From positions 8,060,001-8,124,000 of the forward strand of contig JBHGNT010000018.1 in assembly GCA_043228905.1 (NCBI GenBank): a stretch of DNA of 64,000 nucleotides. Reading direction: 5' to 3'. The position numbers were made by a program, and so were the translations under genes. The notes beneath the pieces were generated by a model. It did not search any database. It was not told the origin of the DNA and saw nothing but the letters and a program-made list of their open reading frames with translations. Positions 36,501 through 49,474 of this stretch are shown one piece after another (position 1 is the stretch's first letter; the number at the start of each line of letters is the position of its first letter). The stretch is from Azolla caroliniana (taxonomy: Eukaryota > Plantae > Polypodiophyta).

Positions 36501-38903
36501 AACTCGAGTCGGATTCCCTTCGAGCGACAGTACTCCTGGAACTGCCCTCGGTATTCCCCTCCGTTATCCGCTCGTATCGCTTTCAGCTTCTTGCCGGATT
36601 CTCTCTCCACTCTCGCGTGGAGGTCTTTGAAAACGCACAACACTTGGTCCTTTGTCTTCAACGGTGCCGTCCACAGCTTCCGGCTGTGATCATCAATGAA
36701 TGTTACGAAGTACTGGGCTCCGCCATGTGACTTCGTTTCTACCTGACACACATCAGTGTGCACCAACTCCAATGGTGCGCTACGTCTCGTCGGTGGCCTT
36801 GAGTGGAAGGAGGTCCGGTTTTGCTTACCGGCCAGACAGTCGGTGCACCTCTCCAGGTGCACATGCTTCACTGGAATAAGGTTGTCTTCTGCAAGCCTCT
36901 TCATCCCCTTCTCACTCATATGGCACAGTCTCTTGTGCCACAGCTCACCGGCAGTGTCGGCTGCCACATTCAGCTCTTCCGGACATAACCGGGCATTCAT
37001 CAGGTACAGTGTGTTGTCTTTCCGGGCCCGAGCCACTATCAGGCTCCCCTTGCTGAACTTCATTACGCCGTTCTGGATGCTACCCGTGTAGCCTTCGTCA
37101 TCTAGCCTCCCGGCCGAAATCAGGTTCAGTCGGACCTCCGGAACGTGTCGGACATTCTTCAGCAGCATTTTGCATCCGGTCGGGGTTGTCAGCCACACAT
37201 CTCCTATGCCGGCAATCCGGCACGTACCTTCGTTTCCCATCCGAACACAGCCATGCTCACCGGCTGTGTAGGATGAGAAGTATCTTCTCTCCGGGGTCAG
37301 GTGGAACGATGCTCCGGAATCGACCACCCAGGTCGTCTCATCGCCGGCAATGTTTAGCTCACCTTCTTCGGTGATGAGCATGATTTCTTCTTCACTTGCC
37401 GCGAGTGCCGTCGTTCCTTTCCGGTCCTGCCCTCGCCGATCCGAACCTCTCCGGTCCGTGGCTCCCCGGTATGCACCGTTTCTCTCCGGTGACTTCTTCG
37501 AATCGGTGTCGTCGGCTCCGTTGTCTTTTCGGTAATGCCGACAATTCTTTCGGAAGTGCCCCGGCTTCCCACAGTGGAAGCATGTGGGCCTTCCTCTTGA
37601 CTGCGACCGGGTCCCCGACTTCTCCCGTCTTTGCGGACTCCGGTTCCATTGTCTTCCCCGATCCGATTCGGTAAACAGCATCTTCGGTTCGGAGGCCGGT
37701 TCCTTGTCTCTCCGACGCGCTTCTTCGTTCAAAATACTTGTCTTTACCGTTTGTAGGGACAAGTTATCTTCGGTGCAGGAGGTGCTGAGAGTCACCACCA
37801 AGTTCTCCCAGCTTTCCGGCAATGTACACATCAGGATGATGGCTTGCATTGCATCCTCCAACGGGAACTTGATCGCTGCAAGCTGATTCACGAATCCCAT
37901 GAACGTGCTTACGTGTTCCACCATACTCTCGCCGTCCCGGTACTTGAGATTCACTATCTTCCTCATCAGGGAGGTCCGGTTCAACGCATTCTTCCTCTCG
38001 TAGAGGCCCGACAGCTTCTTCCACATCTCATATGCGTTGGTGTCGTTCGCCACATGTTGTAGGACGCTTACATCGACATATTGTCGGATCGTCGCTACGG
38101 CTTTCCGGTTCAGGAGCTTCCACTCCGACTCAAGTACCCCCTTCGGTATTTCCGACCTGTCAATCGGTTCGTACAGGTCCCGAACAATCAGAAGATCCTC
38201 CATCTTGATCTTCCAGTCGGCGTAATTCTGTGCATTCAGCACCATCATCCCCGGCTGCCCGCTGCCGCCGCCTTCCATTTTCTGCAACAGTCGCTCTGAT
38301 ACCAGATTGTAAGTAATAGACGCTTCTATTTCCCTTCACCACTCAGCCACAACCGAGTAAGCGCGAATCGATGGAGCAGAAAATAGGAACCAACAGTGAG
38401 AAACAAAACGCGGGTACACAGGGATTAACGTGGAAAACCCTAGACGGGAAAAACCACGGGAGTACAAGACTCCAAATCAACACTATACAGAGAAGTATAC
38501 AATGGCGAGCTACAAGGCGACGACCTTAAGCTCGCTGTCCTCGCCACAGGCGGCGGAAATACACAGAGGCGTCTACCTCTTCCTCTCTCGCGCTCTATCT
38601 CTCTCTCTCTCTCTCTCTCTCACGGCTGCTCACACTTCACTCCTCTTGAGTGGAAAAACAGAAAAATGAGAAGCGACACTAAAACAGTTTGCCCTAAGTC
38701 ATATTTATACTCATATGACTTTGGGCTATTTACAACTGTAGCCTCAGGGGCCCATAGCGAACATATTCACGGATATGTCCCTGCATCCGGATCGCTCTCC
38801 GGGTACATTCGTCATCCGATACCGAAACCGGGGTCTTCGTCATCCGGATCCGGAACCGAAACCGGATCCGACCATCCCATCCAAAGGGACCGTAATCCCA
38901 ACA
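33596..38903 (-). mobile_element. Intact Ty1/Copia (Tnt1/Tork-like) element, LTRs 33596-34191 and 38308-38903
   Basis: 596-bp LTRs with one difference seen. tRNA-iMet PBS at 38293-38304, PPT at 34192-34202, TSD CGAAA/TGAAA. Confidence 0.97.
34202..38278 (-). CDS. Copia Gag-Pol polyprotein (Gag, CCHC, PR, IN, RT, RNase H)
   Basis: Uninterrupted ORF with CFHCGKPGH, VDSGAS, ADNGGEY, LYVDDML and SDMLTK. Confidence 0.97.
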   Translation of the reverse strand: MEGGGSGQPGMMVLNAQNYADWKIKMEDLLIVRDLYEPIDRSEIPKGVLESEWKLLNRKAVATIRQYVDVSVLQHVANDTNAYEMWKKLSGLYERKNALNRTSLMRKIVNLKYRDGESMVEHVSTFMGFVNQLAAIKFPLEDAMQAIILMCTLPESWENLVVTLSTSCTEDNLSLQTVKTSILNEEARRRDKEPASEPKMLFTESDRGRQWNRSPQRREKSGTRSQSRGRPTCFHCGKPGHFRKNCRHYRKDNGADDTDSKKSPERNGAYRGATDRRGSDRRGQDRKGTTALAASEEEIMLITEEGELNIAGDETTWVVDSGASFHLTPERRYFSSYTAGEHGCVRMGNEGTCRIAGIGDVWLTTPTGCKMLLKNVRHVPEVRLNLISAGRLDDEGYTGSIQNGVMKFSKGSLIVARARKDNTLYLMNARLCPEELNVAADTAGELWHKRLCHMSEKGMKRLAEDNLIPVKHVHLERCTDCLAGKQNRTSFHSRPPTRRSAPLELVHTDVCQVETKSHGGAQYFVTFIDDHSRKLWTAPLKTKDQVLCVFKDLHARVERESGKKLKAIRADNGGEYRGQFQEYCRSKGIRLEFTVPKTPELNGLAERMNRTIMERVRSMLAHAKLPKGFWAEAMSTTTYVINRSPSVPLDGDTPQRVWTGREVSYRHLKVFGCLAYVHVAKDRRGKLDPKTRPCIFLGYGDDEFGYRVWDLVDKKIFRSRDIIFMEDKTLADWESEKKMKSSKSTSEDQLYEEQSRPARDRLALEDPAEDGEEREPAEEDENDTGTVPDPEMDSDEEEESEEPVTEAPERRYPLRERRAPRRFPEPEHVLLTDEGEPESFEEAKHDTQSRRWLSAMQDEMDSLHENHTYELVELPKGKRALRNKWVFKLKPGDAGNPPRYKARIVVKGFQQKKGVDFDEIFAPVVKMTSIRTVLSIAASMDLEVEQMDVKTAFLHGDLEEEIYMQQPEGFEKKGKEHLVCRLKKSLYGLKQAPRQWYRKFDSFMTDEGYLKTQSDHCVFVKKFEGGDSLILLLYVDDMLIVGRDQVKIRMLKKALHRTFSMKDLGPARQILGMHIIRDRKKKQLWLSQEKYVTKVLHRFNMSEARPVGSSLPTNCKLSSKQSPKTKAEKEDMKKVPYASAVGSLMYAMVCTRPDIGYAVGVVSRYMSNPGKEHWNAAKWILRYLKGTANVCLRFGSGKPELDGFTDSDMSADADTSRSTSGYVMTYAGGAVSWQSRLQKTVALSTTEAEYMAAVEAGKEIIWMKDFIGELGIRQKEYRLYCDSQSAIHLAKNAAYHSRTKHIQRRYHWIRERIEDKEFVLTKIHTDENGSDMLTKVLTPDKLEACRKRIGLERHPMPK

Positions 38904-41482
38904 TGAAACTTGGCACACATATACAAAGAGACTTTACCAAATCCCAAACCAACCACCTTTTCCAATGCCTTCCACGCCCCGGCCTACCACGGGGACACTT
39001 TTCACGACCTCTAGGGTCATGAAGGTCATAAAGAAATTACAACATAGGAAGTCCATGGACCACACAGGATTGCGAGCAGAACACATTATATATGCGAGAG
39101 AGTGCCTAGCTCCCTTGCTAACTCTAATCTTCAATCGTGCCCTTGCGGAGGGTTTTCCACCACAGTGGACTATGAATACAGTGGCCCCCATACATAAAGG
39201 GGGGGACCCCATGGACCCAAATACATATAGGACCATTATGATAGGTCATACCCTTGCTAAGTTATATGGTGCAGTAATGGAAGCAGAGCTTAGCGACTAC
39301 ATGGAGACCCTAAACCTTCGTGCACCTGAACAAGCTGGCTTTAGACGAGCCTTCTCCACTATTGATCACATCTTCACACTTAGATGCCTAATTGACGAAA
39401 CTAAGGCTCGCAAGAAGAGATTATATTGTTGTTTTGTGGACTTCCGCAAAGCCTTTGACATAGTCCCTAGAGATCGGTTGTTTGATAGACTTAAAAGCTT
39501 GAGGATACCAGATGATATGGTATGGGCCATCTACGCCCTATATGAACAAGTGTCTGGGTGTGTCCGATGCCCAGGTGGCCTATCCAATCGTTTCACTAGC
39601 ACTATTGGTGTAAAACAAGGTTGCCCCCTATCACCGACGCTTTTTGGGATCTACATTGATGAGATCACAGATTTTATTGCTTGTGAGGGAGGCACCGGAG
39701 TGGTCCTTGGGGATACGCAGGTTCGTATCTTGCTCTATGCGGATGACATAGTTTTGCTCTCTGAATCTGAACACGACCTACAGAGGCACCTTAATGCCTT
39801 AGATGACTTTTGTGTACAACGAGGATTGGTAGTGAATCTAGAGAAAATGAAAGTCCTTATCTTCCACACATCGGCCCAAGTTAGAGCTAAGTGTCACCTA
39901 ACTATCTCCCATAGCCCAGTCGAGGTGGTTGGATCGTACGTCTATCTTGGAGTCACTTTTAGTGCCCGCTCAGGTAAATTTTCGATGACACAGGCAGCAA
40001 AGGATAGAGACTCACGAGAGGACATGCATCCCTCTAACTCCTAGAGAGACAATGCCACCAAGCACACTTTCAAGAGCCACGGACTAAAGGGTGGCTCTTT
40101 GACTCATTAGTGACCCCCTCCCTCATGTATGCATCAGCGGTTTGGGCTCTAGGATTACCATCCTTCATGTGGACGCAATTAGAGAGACCATTGGTGATGA
40201 TGCTATCACGCCAACTCCGAAGCAAATCGACTGTACCACATGACATTATTAGGGCCGAATTCACGTTACCCCCAATGCTAGTAGAGGCACTTTTTCAACT
40301 TGTAGTCTTTATTGATAGGATACATAGCCAACCACATGATAGAATATCTCATCAAGCCTTTAAGGCCTCTCGATCATTGTATGAGTCCGGCTATACTAGC
40401 TCATGGTATGGCATGATGGTGACTTGGCTTCTCGCGAATGGTCTAGACATTAATAACCTTCCTCCCCTTAGGTACAACCACACGAGTGATAACACCTTAA
40501 TCTCTCATGAGAACCGCAATAAAGTAATACGCCAAGAAATATGGCAAATTTACACTCGGTGTAAATGGATCACCCCACTAGAGCCACTCCCATCTAAAAT
40601 GTCGTACTATAAGAAACACTTCATGCACTTCTCTGAGTTAGGTTTTATCACGCGGCCAAAATATCTAGATGTATTCTTACCACATGCACTAAGGGTTGCC
40701 ATTGGACAACTTAGAATATCATCTCACCAACTTGAGATTGAAAATGGCCGTACTAGTGGAGTCCCTAGGGAGGAAAGGATATGTAGGTTATGTCACATAG
40801 AGATAGAGGATGAGTACCACTTTACATGCAAGTGTCCAACCTATGCCGAGATAAGGGCAAAATACCAAGACATACTTGGTCCGTCTCCCACCCTCCCCAA
40901 ACTATTAGATACTCTAGATATAAAGAAATTAGGCAAATACATTCTAGAGCTAAAACAACATAGAGAGAATAAATTACAAAATGTTGACAATAATGTTGCT
41001 AATGATCACGAACATGTAACAAATGCAGTTTTTCAGGAACCTAAGGAGACAACGAATGCCGACACACTTGCACCACTCGGCCTTTCCATTGATGAGGCAG
41101 AAAACCAGAGAAGAACCAGACGTCCTCGGGTGCCGGGTTTCAAAGCAACTCAACGGGATGTGGAAGCAATATTGAAAATAAGGGAACGTGAGCTACACCG
41201 CCTAGAAGCCATGGCTAGGGCACTCTCTACATTGGAACCCACATCAAGACCCTTTGACCCCCCACTTCTTTTCGAGAGGCTTGGGTGGAAATAAAATTAG
41301 GCTTAGTGTATAGTCACTTTCGAGTATACTACATATTGTACACTACTAGAACTCTTTTAGTTTAAGTTCTATTTTTTTTTACTTAATTTTATTTTAGTTA
41401 TGATTACTGGATAAATACTCTATTGTTGTAAACCAATTGTCTCATGGGCCAAATTTGGCCTTAGAAGACGTTAATACATCTT

Positions 41483-41567
<85 letters not shown>

Positions 41568-41681
41568 CTTTTCGTAAATAATGGCTTTCATTACGAAAGA
41601 AAAAACACCACCATGACTAACTTACAACAAACTATAAAACCCCTTCTATCTAGGGATCTAAAGAAAACTACGACACCAAAC

Positions 41682-44600
41682 TCAATGCCACCCTACACAC
41701 CAATTCAAATGGCGAATATGATGATATGTGACCTTGCAGATTTCTCTCTCTTCCTGGTTGAGATTTTGTGACTTCTCTAGCACTGTCAATTGCCACAAAA
41801 GAAGTCCTTTTAACTTTAGAACATATTTTCTCACCCCAACTTGCGAATCAAAAATGAAGGCATTCCGCATATTCCAATTGAACCATAACACCCCCAATAC
41901 CTCAAGAACTCAACTGAATTTGAAAATGAGGCATCGGTTCATTGTTCTCCATATGTGCAAAAACCCAACTGAAGGAAGATAGACTTACTCCTGTTAGAGA
42001 CATTCACACTAAACTGATACACCTCCAAACCATCCTTGCCATCGGGCATGAAATAAATCAATGCCTACTATGTTCCAATTCCACCGAACAAAAGAAACAC
42101 AATCCTTTAGTAATGTTTCTTCTTTTTAATGCATCCCCTAATGGTAAAGCTCCAACCATAACTCTCCAAATAAATACCTTGGCTTGTAGCATCAATCGAG
42201 AACACCAACTTGCCTTGATCACATGAAACCACCAAGTAATGGGCTTATGAAAACCTCATATCTTTATAACCCTTTCTTCCAACCACTTATGTTTGTCAAT
42301 CAACTTGTGATAAGCAACATTCGTTGAGATCATACTCAATCTCTTATTTCCAACAAACCTCCAATCAAGCTCTTGAGATCGCCCATCTAAATCAAGAATT
42401 GGCTCATGCGAAGATAGTATTTGTTGCAACTTATCCCAAATAAAGTTATAACCTTTTGGAATACGAAATGTTGATCTTATTGTTCGAAAAGCCATTAATC
42501 TTCTTTGTGAAACCAACATAGCATCCTTAACTGTTACCAAACCCAATCTAGCCATCCGATTAAATTGAAGGTTAAGAATTTGTTTACCTTACCACCTCAA
42601 CAACCTTGATTTTGCCAAAACCTCCATTTGTAATGAATTGGCACATCCCCTTTCTTGTGGGGGATGACATTCCACAAAATCCAACATACTTTGCCAAGAT
42701 GTCAACAAATGATTAACTATCATAGACCCTGTACATTTGACATCCCTGTTAGAATTAATTACATTCCACCAATTCGCTTCAACCTTCATGTTTCCAAGCT
42801 TTATTCAGTTCTTGTCTATAAAGTATGCCACCATTTCTGTCCAAGGTTGTACACCTTCAAACATGAATCGAATGAAAGTAAATCGACGAGCCACCATATG
42901 CTCATATAGATTCAATATTGATGCCCCACCAAGACGCTTCGGAGTACAAACATGATCCCATGCCAACCATGACAAGGCACTTTTCCCTTTTCTTTTCCAT
43001 AACAACATTCGCATCGAGCGTGACAACATTTCAAGAGCTTTCTTTGGCCATAGAGACCATAATCGATTGGACCACCTTAAGTCGTACATGAAAAGGCCAA
43101 AATTGAGACCTCTAATACATAAACTTATCCTCCAACCTTTTGTATACCCACTCAATAAGTTTCTCATGCAATAAGTTTCACATGAGAAACTTCCACCCCA
43201 ATTGGATATCCAAGGTGACGACAAATCATACCACGATGTACTATCCTTCCTGACCACCCCAACCCTAACACATCTTGTTCTGTACATGAAATGAGGACAG
43301 ATTTATGTATATTAATTCTCAACCCCGAAGCATTTGAAAACAATTCCCACACATCTCTTGTCTTACTAATATTTTCCCGATTAGGTGCCAAAAACATAAT
43401 ATAGTCATCTGCGAGAGCTTGAACAAGCAATTCTTCCCCCATAGCCATATTGTGTAACTTAACAAGAATAGGATGTGTCACAATAGTGAATAGTAAAGGA
43501 CTTACCGGGCATCCTTGCCTAACTGACCTCTGAATAGAAATCGGTTGGGTTACTCCTCCATTAAACATCACATGTGAAACCGAACCCTCCCCTAATGTGT
43601 ATATCAACTTAGACATACGATCACCAAAACCCATATGAGACATCAATTGATTTATAAATGACCAATCCACATTATCATAGCCTTTCTCGATATCCAATTG
43701 TAGCAACACTAATTCTTGTTTAGACTCCTTTACATAGTCAATTGCCATTTGAACATTTAAAATATTATGTAAACTGTCTCTTTTTGCTAAAAACCCATAT
43801 TGAGCATTATGAATAATAGAAGGTAAAACCTTATGCAACCTATTGGCCATCACTTTTGCAAAAATCTTGTACATTCCCCCCATCAATGAAATAGGCCTCC
43901 ATTGAACAAAGGAAGATGGAGAAGGCACCTTCGGCAAAAGCTTGATCAAACCAATCTTCCAAGAATGAGGCATTTCCCCTGATGTCCACACCTTCTGAAA
44001 TAAAATCGTAAAAGGCCCCTTTAACTTAATCACATATTTCTTAAAGAGTTCATGTGTTAATCCATCCCACCCAAGACTCTTATCATTAGCAAGATGTGAC
44101 ATGACATGTTCCATCTCATCCTTTGAAATATTAGCATCTAATGATTGTGCCACATCATGCGATACATGATTTTTCACTCCATTAAAAAATACATCTCTAT
44201 CCTTTTTAACATTATCATCGATACACACTTGTACATCCAACAATTGTGTATAATATTCTATGCATTTCTTCACAATTTCTTGAGGATCAGAACACATGAT
44301 ACCATTTTCCTCTAACCTTACCACATTATGTCGTGCATGTGATTCATGAAGTTCATGGAAAAACTTATGTGATTGACAATTAGCATCATCCACTTCTTGT
44401 CTTAGACGATGTAGTCTAGCATGTTGATAATTTTTTGCCGTTAGGTCATGCATCGCAGAAATTAATACCTCTTGATATCCCATCAACTCTACATCCGTTG
44501 GCCAATAAGTTAACAATGAGTTGCATTTATCAAGCAAATTAACTAGGAGACTTAATTTCTTTCTCCTTTTAAAAGCATGGTGAATTCCATAATATCTACT

Positions 44601-45488
44601 TAACCTCTGAACATTTGCAACAAATGCTTCCCACGGTTCATACCCATCAAATTGAACACGATAGGCAAATGCATCAATCAATTGACACATATAGGCATGG
44701 AAGACCTCATGATCCAAAAATGATGAATTAAAAATCAACGGTGGTTTTCCTAAAAACTCATGAAAACCTCTACTTGAGTGGTGATTGAACTCAAAAATTA
44801 ATGGGAAATGATCTGATATAATTGACCCATAAGACACTGAAATATCCAAAATCTCTGGTAAAAAACCTTCGGTATGCATTACATACATTCGATCCAACCT
44901 ACTCCAAGTATCCTTATATTGAGCTGATTGAAAGGTATAACCAGGTTCATCTCCCTTGATCCATTTCCATGCATCCCTTAACATGACTTCAGTCTCAAAA
45001 TCTCCCCATTCTTGAGCCTCTGGTCCATCCATAATAGAGTGGATAGATGTTGATTGATCTGTCTCACAACAAACATTAAAATCTCCCATCAATAAACCCG
45101 GTCTACCCTTATCAATCACTGAGTTTAGAGATCTCCATAACAACTTTCGTTCTTGTGGAACATTTGATGCATACACACCAACTAACCAAAGAGCTTGCCC
45201 TTCATAACATATCTCTACCACAATAAATCTTCCAAATTCATCTGAAACAATTACTTTTGGGTGAAATTTATCTCTTATAAACATGACAATCCCAAAATAA
45301 TCCCCATGAACCTTGCCAGCATAACATAATATATAACCCTTAGAATAACTAATTAAACCAGCATTACGATGATCTTTATGCTCTACTGCACATAAAACAT
45401 CCCATTGCTCACTTAGCACAATCCTCCAAACCTCATGCATTCTAAATCTAGAACACAATCCCCTCACATTCCATGTGGTGATCTTCAT
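41682..45488 (-). pseudogene. L1-type ORF2 (APE, RT, zf-RVT)
   Basis: WNVRG, GDFN, SRLDR, SDH, WRPISL, RQGCPVSP and LADD motifs. Frameshifted 3' part. Confidence 0.9.
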
Positions 45489-46840
45489 ACTTTATTTTTT
45501 CCTTTTATTCGAGAAATCTCCTTCTCCTTCACTGCTAATGTTTCTGCCATATCCTGAAATAAATCCCCTAAGATTGCATATGAATTACTATGGGAATGCA
45601 AAACTCCAGACCCCGATGGCTCCTCATGTGAACGAGGCACCGATTTCCGTTTATTCAAAGGAACATACAAATTACCTTTATTATCAAAAGATAATTTCTT
45701 TGGATAGTCCTCTTGACGAGCCCATGGTTTATTCCGCATGGGATGTATCGGTGTGACCTTCTCCATAGATACATTATGCCCAACATTTTTATTAGACTTC
45801 TTCATCTTTCCAGAAACTATTGACCATTGTCCTTCATCCTCTAGAGTCTTTCCATCCTTCTCATTCACAATTTGCGGTTTCTTTGTTTGATCTGAAATTG
45901 TCAAATCTTGAATCTGATCATGAGTTGTAGGCTCTTCATGTACCACTTCCACTACATTATTTCTTTTTTGAGGAAATTCAGCCATAAAATGCCCCAACAC
46001 ACCACAGTGGAAACAATGTCATGCAAATGTACCCCATTTAAGCCGAAAATACATAGGCGGCATACCAAAACATGCAATCTGTAAACAACTTGGCCTATTT
46101 ATAGCAATATTCCAAAGAATACACATTCGATATCGATTTTGAGCATTAGCACTAGGAGGCACCAAGATCTTTCCCAACTTTTCCATCGCTGACCGTAATA
46201 TTGGCCAAACCACTGAATATGTGCACTCTACCTCAACCCATACGGGACACTCTTGCATTAATATATCTTGGTATTCCACTAGTGGTCTCCACGGAACAAT
46301 ATGAACCAAACTTTTCTCATAAAAAACTGGCAATTTATTGAGTAATTTCTCTTTATACTCTTGTGATACCAAAACAACCTCATAAAATCCACGAGGACCA
46401 GCATAAACATCATGAACACAATCAGCTTGTAAAATCCCACGTAACCATTGTTTGACCCTCCAAAGGAAAGGTATCTTTCTCGTGAAAAACAATATGACCC
46501 CTTTATCACAAAAATTAGTAAATGAGCCCAAAAACTCCTTATTGTCTATTTCTACCTTAGCCACTTCATCGTCAACAAACTCCTCAACAACTTTCACATT
46601 CTCCCTTATACAATATTCCATTAATATATTTGTCAGGCATCTTAAATGTTCCCAATGACTATCATCTTTCTCAATATCATCTTGACGCATTGCATCAGCA
46701 TAAGACATGTCATTACTATTATCTCCAATACATCGTTTTCTTTTACCATCCCCTCTTGGGCTTGATACTAACTCAACCATGCACGCATCCTTTGAAGAAT
46801 TTGGAGACTCATCCATATTCATGAAAACACTACCATCCAT
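45485..46840 (-). pseudogene. L1-type ORF1 (DUF4283-like plus degenerate Zn knuckle)
   Basis: ORFs 46019-46840 and 45485-46000 are in frame across a stop. PVWV and CFHCGVLGH motifs. Stop overlaps the ORF2 ATG (ATGA). Confidence 0.8.
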
Positions 46841-47122
46841 ATGACAAGAAATAGGAGAGAGCTCACTTACAAGTAATTGTGTTGGAGAAGGAATATAAGC
46901 AAGCGATCATGAGATGCATGCAATCGAATGGAATTTTTACTCGTAACGTTCTACCAAGACCTCCAAATGATACATGTAGATACTCTTTAGAAAGCTCTAT
47001 GTGCAGGCTTCGAAACGAGCTTAAAAATCACTGTTGATCTGAGCGAATCCGACCTGTGTAGAGTCTTCGATAGCTCCAATTGACCGTCCTTAGGCTCTCC
47101 TGCGTCGACAACCCTGCCGCCA

Positions 47123-47210
<88 letters not shown>

Positions 47211-49474
47211 TATTGCTCATTCGCATACGTAGGCTCTTCACCATCACAAACGTTGTTTGTTCTTCCGCACTAACGACCTTGTTCCCCAACATTTGGTATC
47301 AGAGCGTTGGAGGTTCTTCAACCAGCTGCCGGCCGTCATCGAACACCACAACATTCTGTTTTTGTAACTTCTTGAAGAACAGAGAAGAGAGAAGACAAAC
47401 AAGAAGTTTGCATCTCACTGTGTTAAATCACTAATTGGAGTAAACTAGCTGGTTGTACTCTGTTCCTGTGATTGTAACCACTTGAGGCAAGCTTCTTGTG
47501 CAACACCCGACCCAATCGCGCTTCATTCGGTTAAACGACATCCGAATAGGTCACCGGACGCTATTCACCTGCTTGTTGTAACCACCCGCTGCAAATTGGT
47601 CTCTTGGCAACAACCAAATTCGTGCTTCATTCGGCTGATCGACATTCGGGAGGATTGGTTGGATCTGTCCCTCTCATCGTTGCAGTCATCCGAAGCAGAA
47701 TCGGCCCAAACAATCGGTTTCTCATAATCGGTATTCGGCATACAATCAGAAGCTAACCGGGCTCACTCCCACTCGGCAACATTCGGGAAGACCAGCCGAT
47801 TCTATCCCTTAAGTTACCGGAGTCACTCCGAGCAAGTTCAGCAACAAGCATATGAAACCAAACCGACTCGGGTTCAAAACCGACTAGAACGATATCGGGT
47901 GAGCTGACCGGCTCCACCCCACTAAGGCTCGTAGTCAACTCTGAACCGAGTCTTACCAACTGAAACTGAAGTAGATGGAATCAACATCCGGTTCATCGGA
48001 GATGAGTCTAAGGAAGTTCGACGGTTCGAACTTCAACTTCTGGAAGGAACAAATACAGGACAATCTTATAGTCAAGGGTCAGATAGACCCAATTGAGAAT
48101 GAAAATTCACCAGAAGCATACAAGGCAAACGAATGGCTAAAGCTGGACATAATCGTCCACGCGACGATTCGAATGCACTTTCGGAGTCAGTGTACTTCAT
48201 AGTGCAATCGTGCTCAATAGCTTTTGAACTATGGAAAACATTGTCGAACACTTAGGAAAAGAAGGTCGCTGCAACAAAGATGTATCTGATCCGATGCCTC
48301 TACAACTTGCGGATGAAAGAATTTCATTCGGTTCAGGCACACCTCAATGAGTACGAAAGCATAAGCTCCCACATCTCGTCTCAGGGGATGGCAATCGAGG
48401 ATGAACTCAGAGCAATGATACTCATGAGTAGTCTCCCCTCTTCATGGGAAACTTTTGTTACAACCGTGTGCAATGCTTCAACAACTGCCGTTAAGTACTC
48501 TGAAATCACGAGAGCAATCCTAACTGAAGCAACTCGGAGAAAGTCTTTCGCCAAAGACTCGGCAGATGAAGCTTACGTAGTACAAGGTTCGACGGACCGA
48601 TCGAACAATCGGGGAAGAAGTTCTTCCCGACCGCCGAACAATCAGCGAAGCCGGAGAAAGTCCTAGGACAACCGAATCTACAACTACTGCAAGAAACCAG
48701 GACACATCAAAAACGATTGTCAGGCACTCAAAGCAAAAACCGACAAAGCTCAGAGAGCGGATCAGAAGAGTAGCCGACATGAGGAGGTCAACTATGTCAA
48801 CTCTTCAGCCGAAATTTTGATGACCGACCAGAACATATTATCCATAGAGAACCCAGTCCAATCAGAACTTCTGCTTACGACTAAGGAATCGAGCACATAG
48901 CTCCTGGACTCGGGCGCATCGTATCATGTGACACCTCACCGATCTCAGTTTTGGCAATACTCGGACCAGCACTCCGACTCAGTTCGAGTCGGGAACTCGC
49001 AACACTGCTATAATCAGAATCGGCACCGTAGAGCTCAACCTTCCAAGTGGCTCTACACTCATACTACACAACGTCTGACATGTTCCTGAGCTCTCAAGAC
49101 CCTTGAACTTAGTTGGACAGCTTGATGAAGCCGACATCCGTGTTGGATTCTCATCAGGAGGGTGCACACTCCGCAAAGGGAACCTCCTGCTTGCTCGAGG
49201 ACCAAAGCTACATTCCTTGTACCCTTTATACGTCACACTCAAACAGGGTGATTTATTTTTGGTTGACTTGGACACCTCAGCAAGGCCGGCATAACGCACC
49301 TATCCAGAGCCGGTTACATCCCCAAACTCTCCTTCTTGGATCACCAATTCTGCGAGCATTGCTAGTACGGTGTCGTAGTGTATTCCACACAGTACGTGAA
49401 AACCATAAAATAATATATCTGATTTTAGATACATATAAATAAATAAATAATATATCAAAAGAATTTATCACGTG

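Larger units (their letters stand above)
32248..41294 (+). pseudogene. LINE ORF2 (APE endonuclease, RT, Zn finger), split at 33596-38903 and frameshifted near 40010
   Basis: WNCNG, GDFNAR, TVDY and ADH in the endonuclease. LLYADD in RT. RICRLC..EDEYHFTCKC finger. The frame is continuous across the Copia TSD (EDPE|TWH). Confidence 0.92.
30921..41490 (+). mobile_element. Apparently full-length two-ORF LINE (RTE-X/L2-like), interrupted by a Copia
   Basis: GCC/GTC-rich 5' UTR, ORF1, ORF2 (APE-RT-Zn finger), 3' stem-loop and (TTTC) tail. Flanked by (CT)n on both sides. Confidence 0.92.
41568..47125 (-). mobile_element. Apparently full-length L1/Tx1-like LINE, degenerate
   Basis: ORF1 plus ORF2 with a 5' UTR and a short A tail. 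Embedded between (CT)n tracts at 41487-41563 and 47126-47155. Confidence 0.9.

Noticed and set aside
34217-38342. Numerous antisense ORFs over the Copia and Gypsy pol genes
   Set aside because: These are shadow ORFs of GC-rich coding sequence with no independent motifs.
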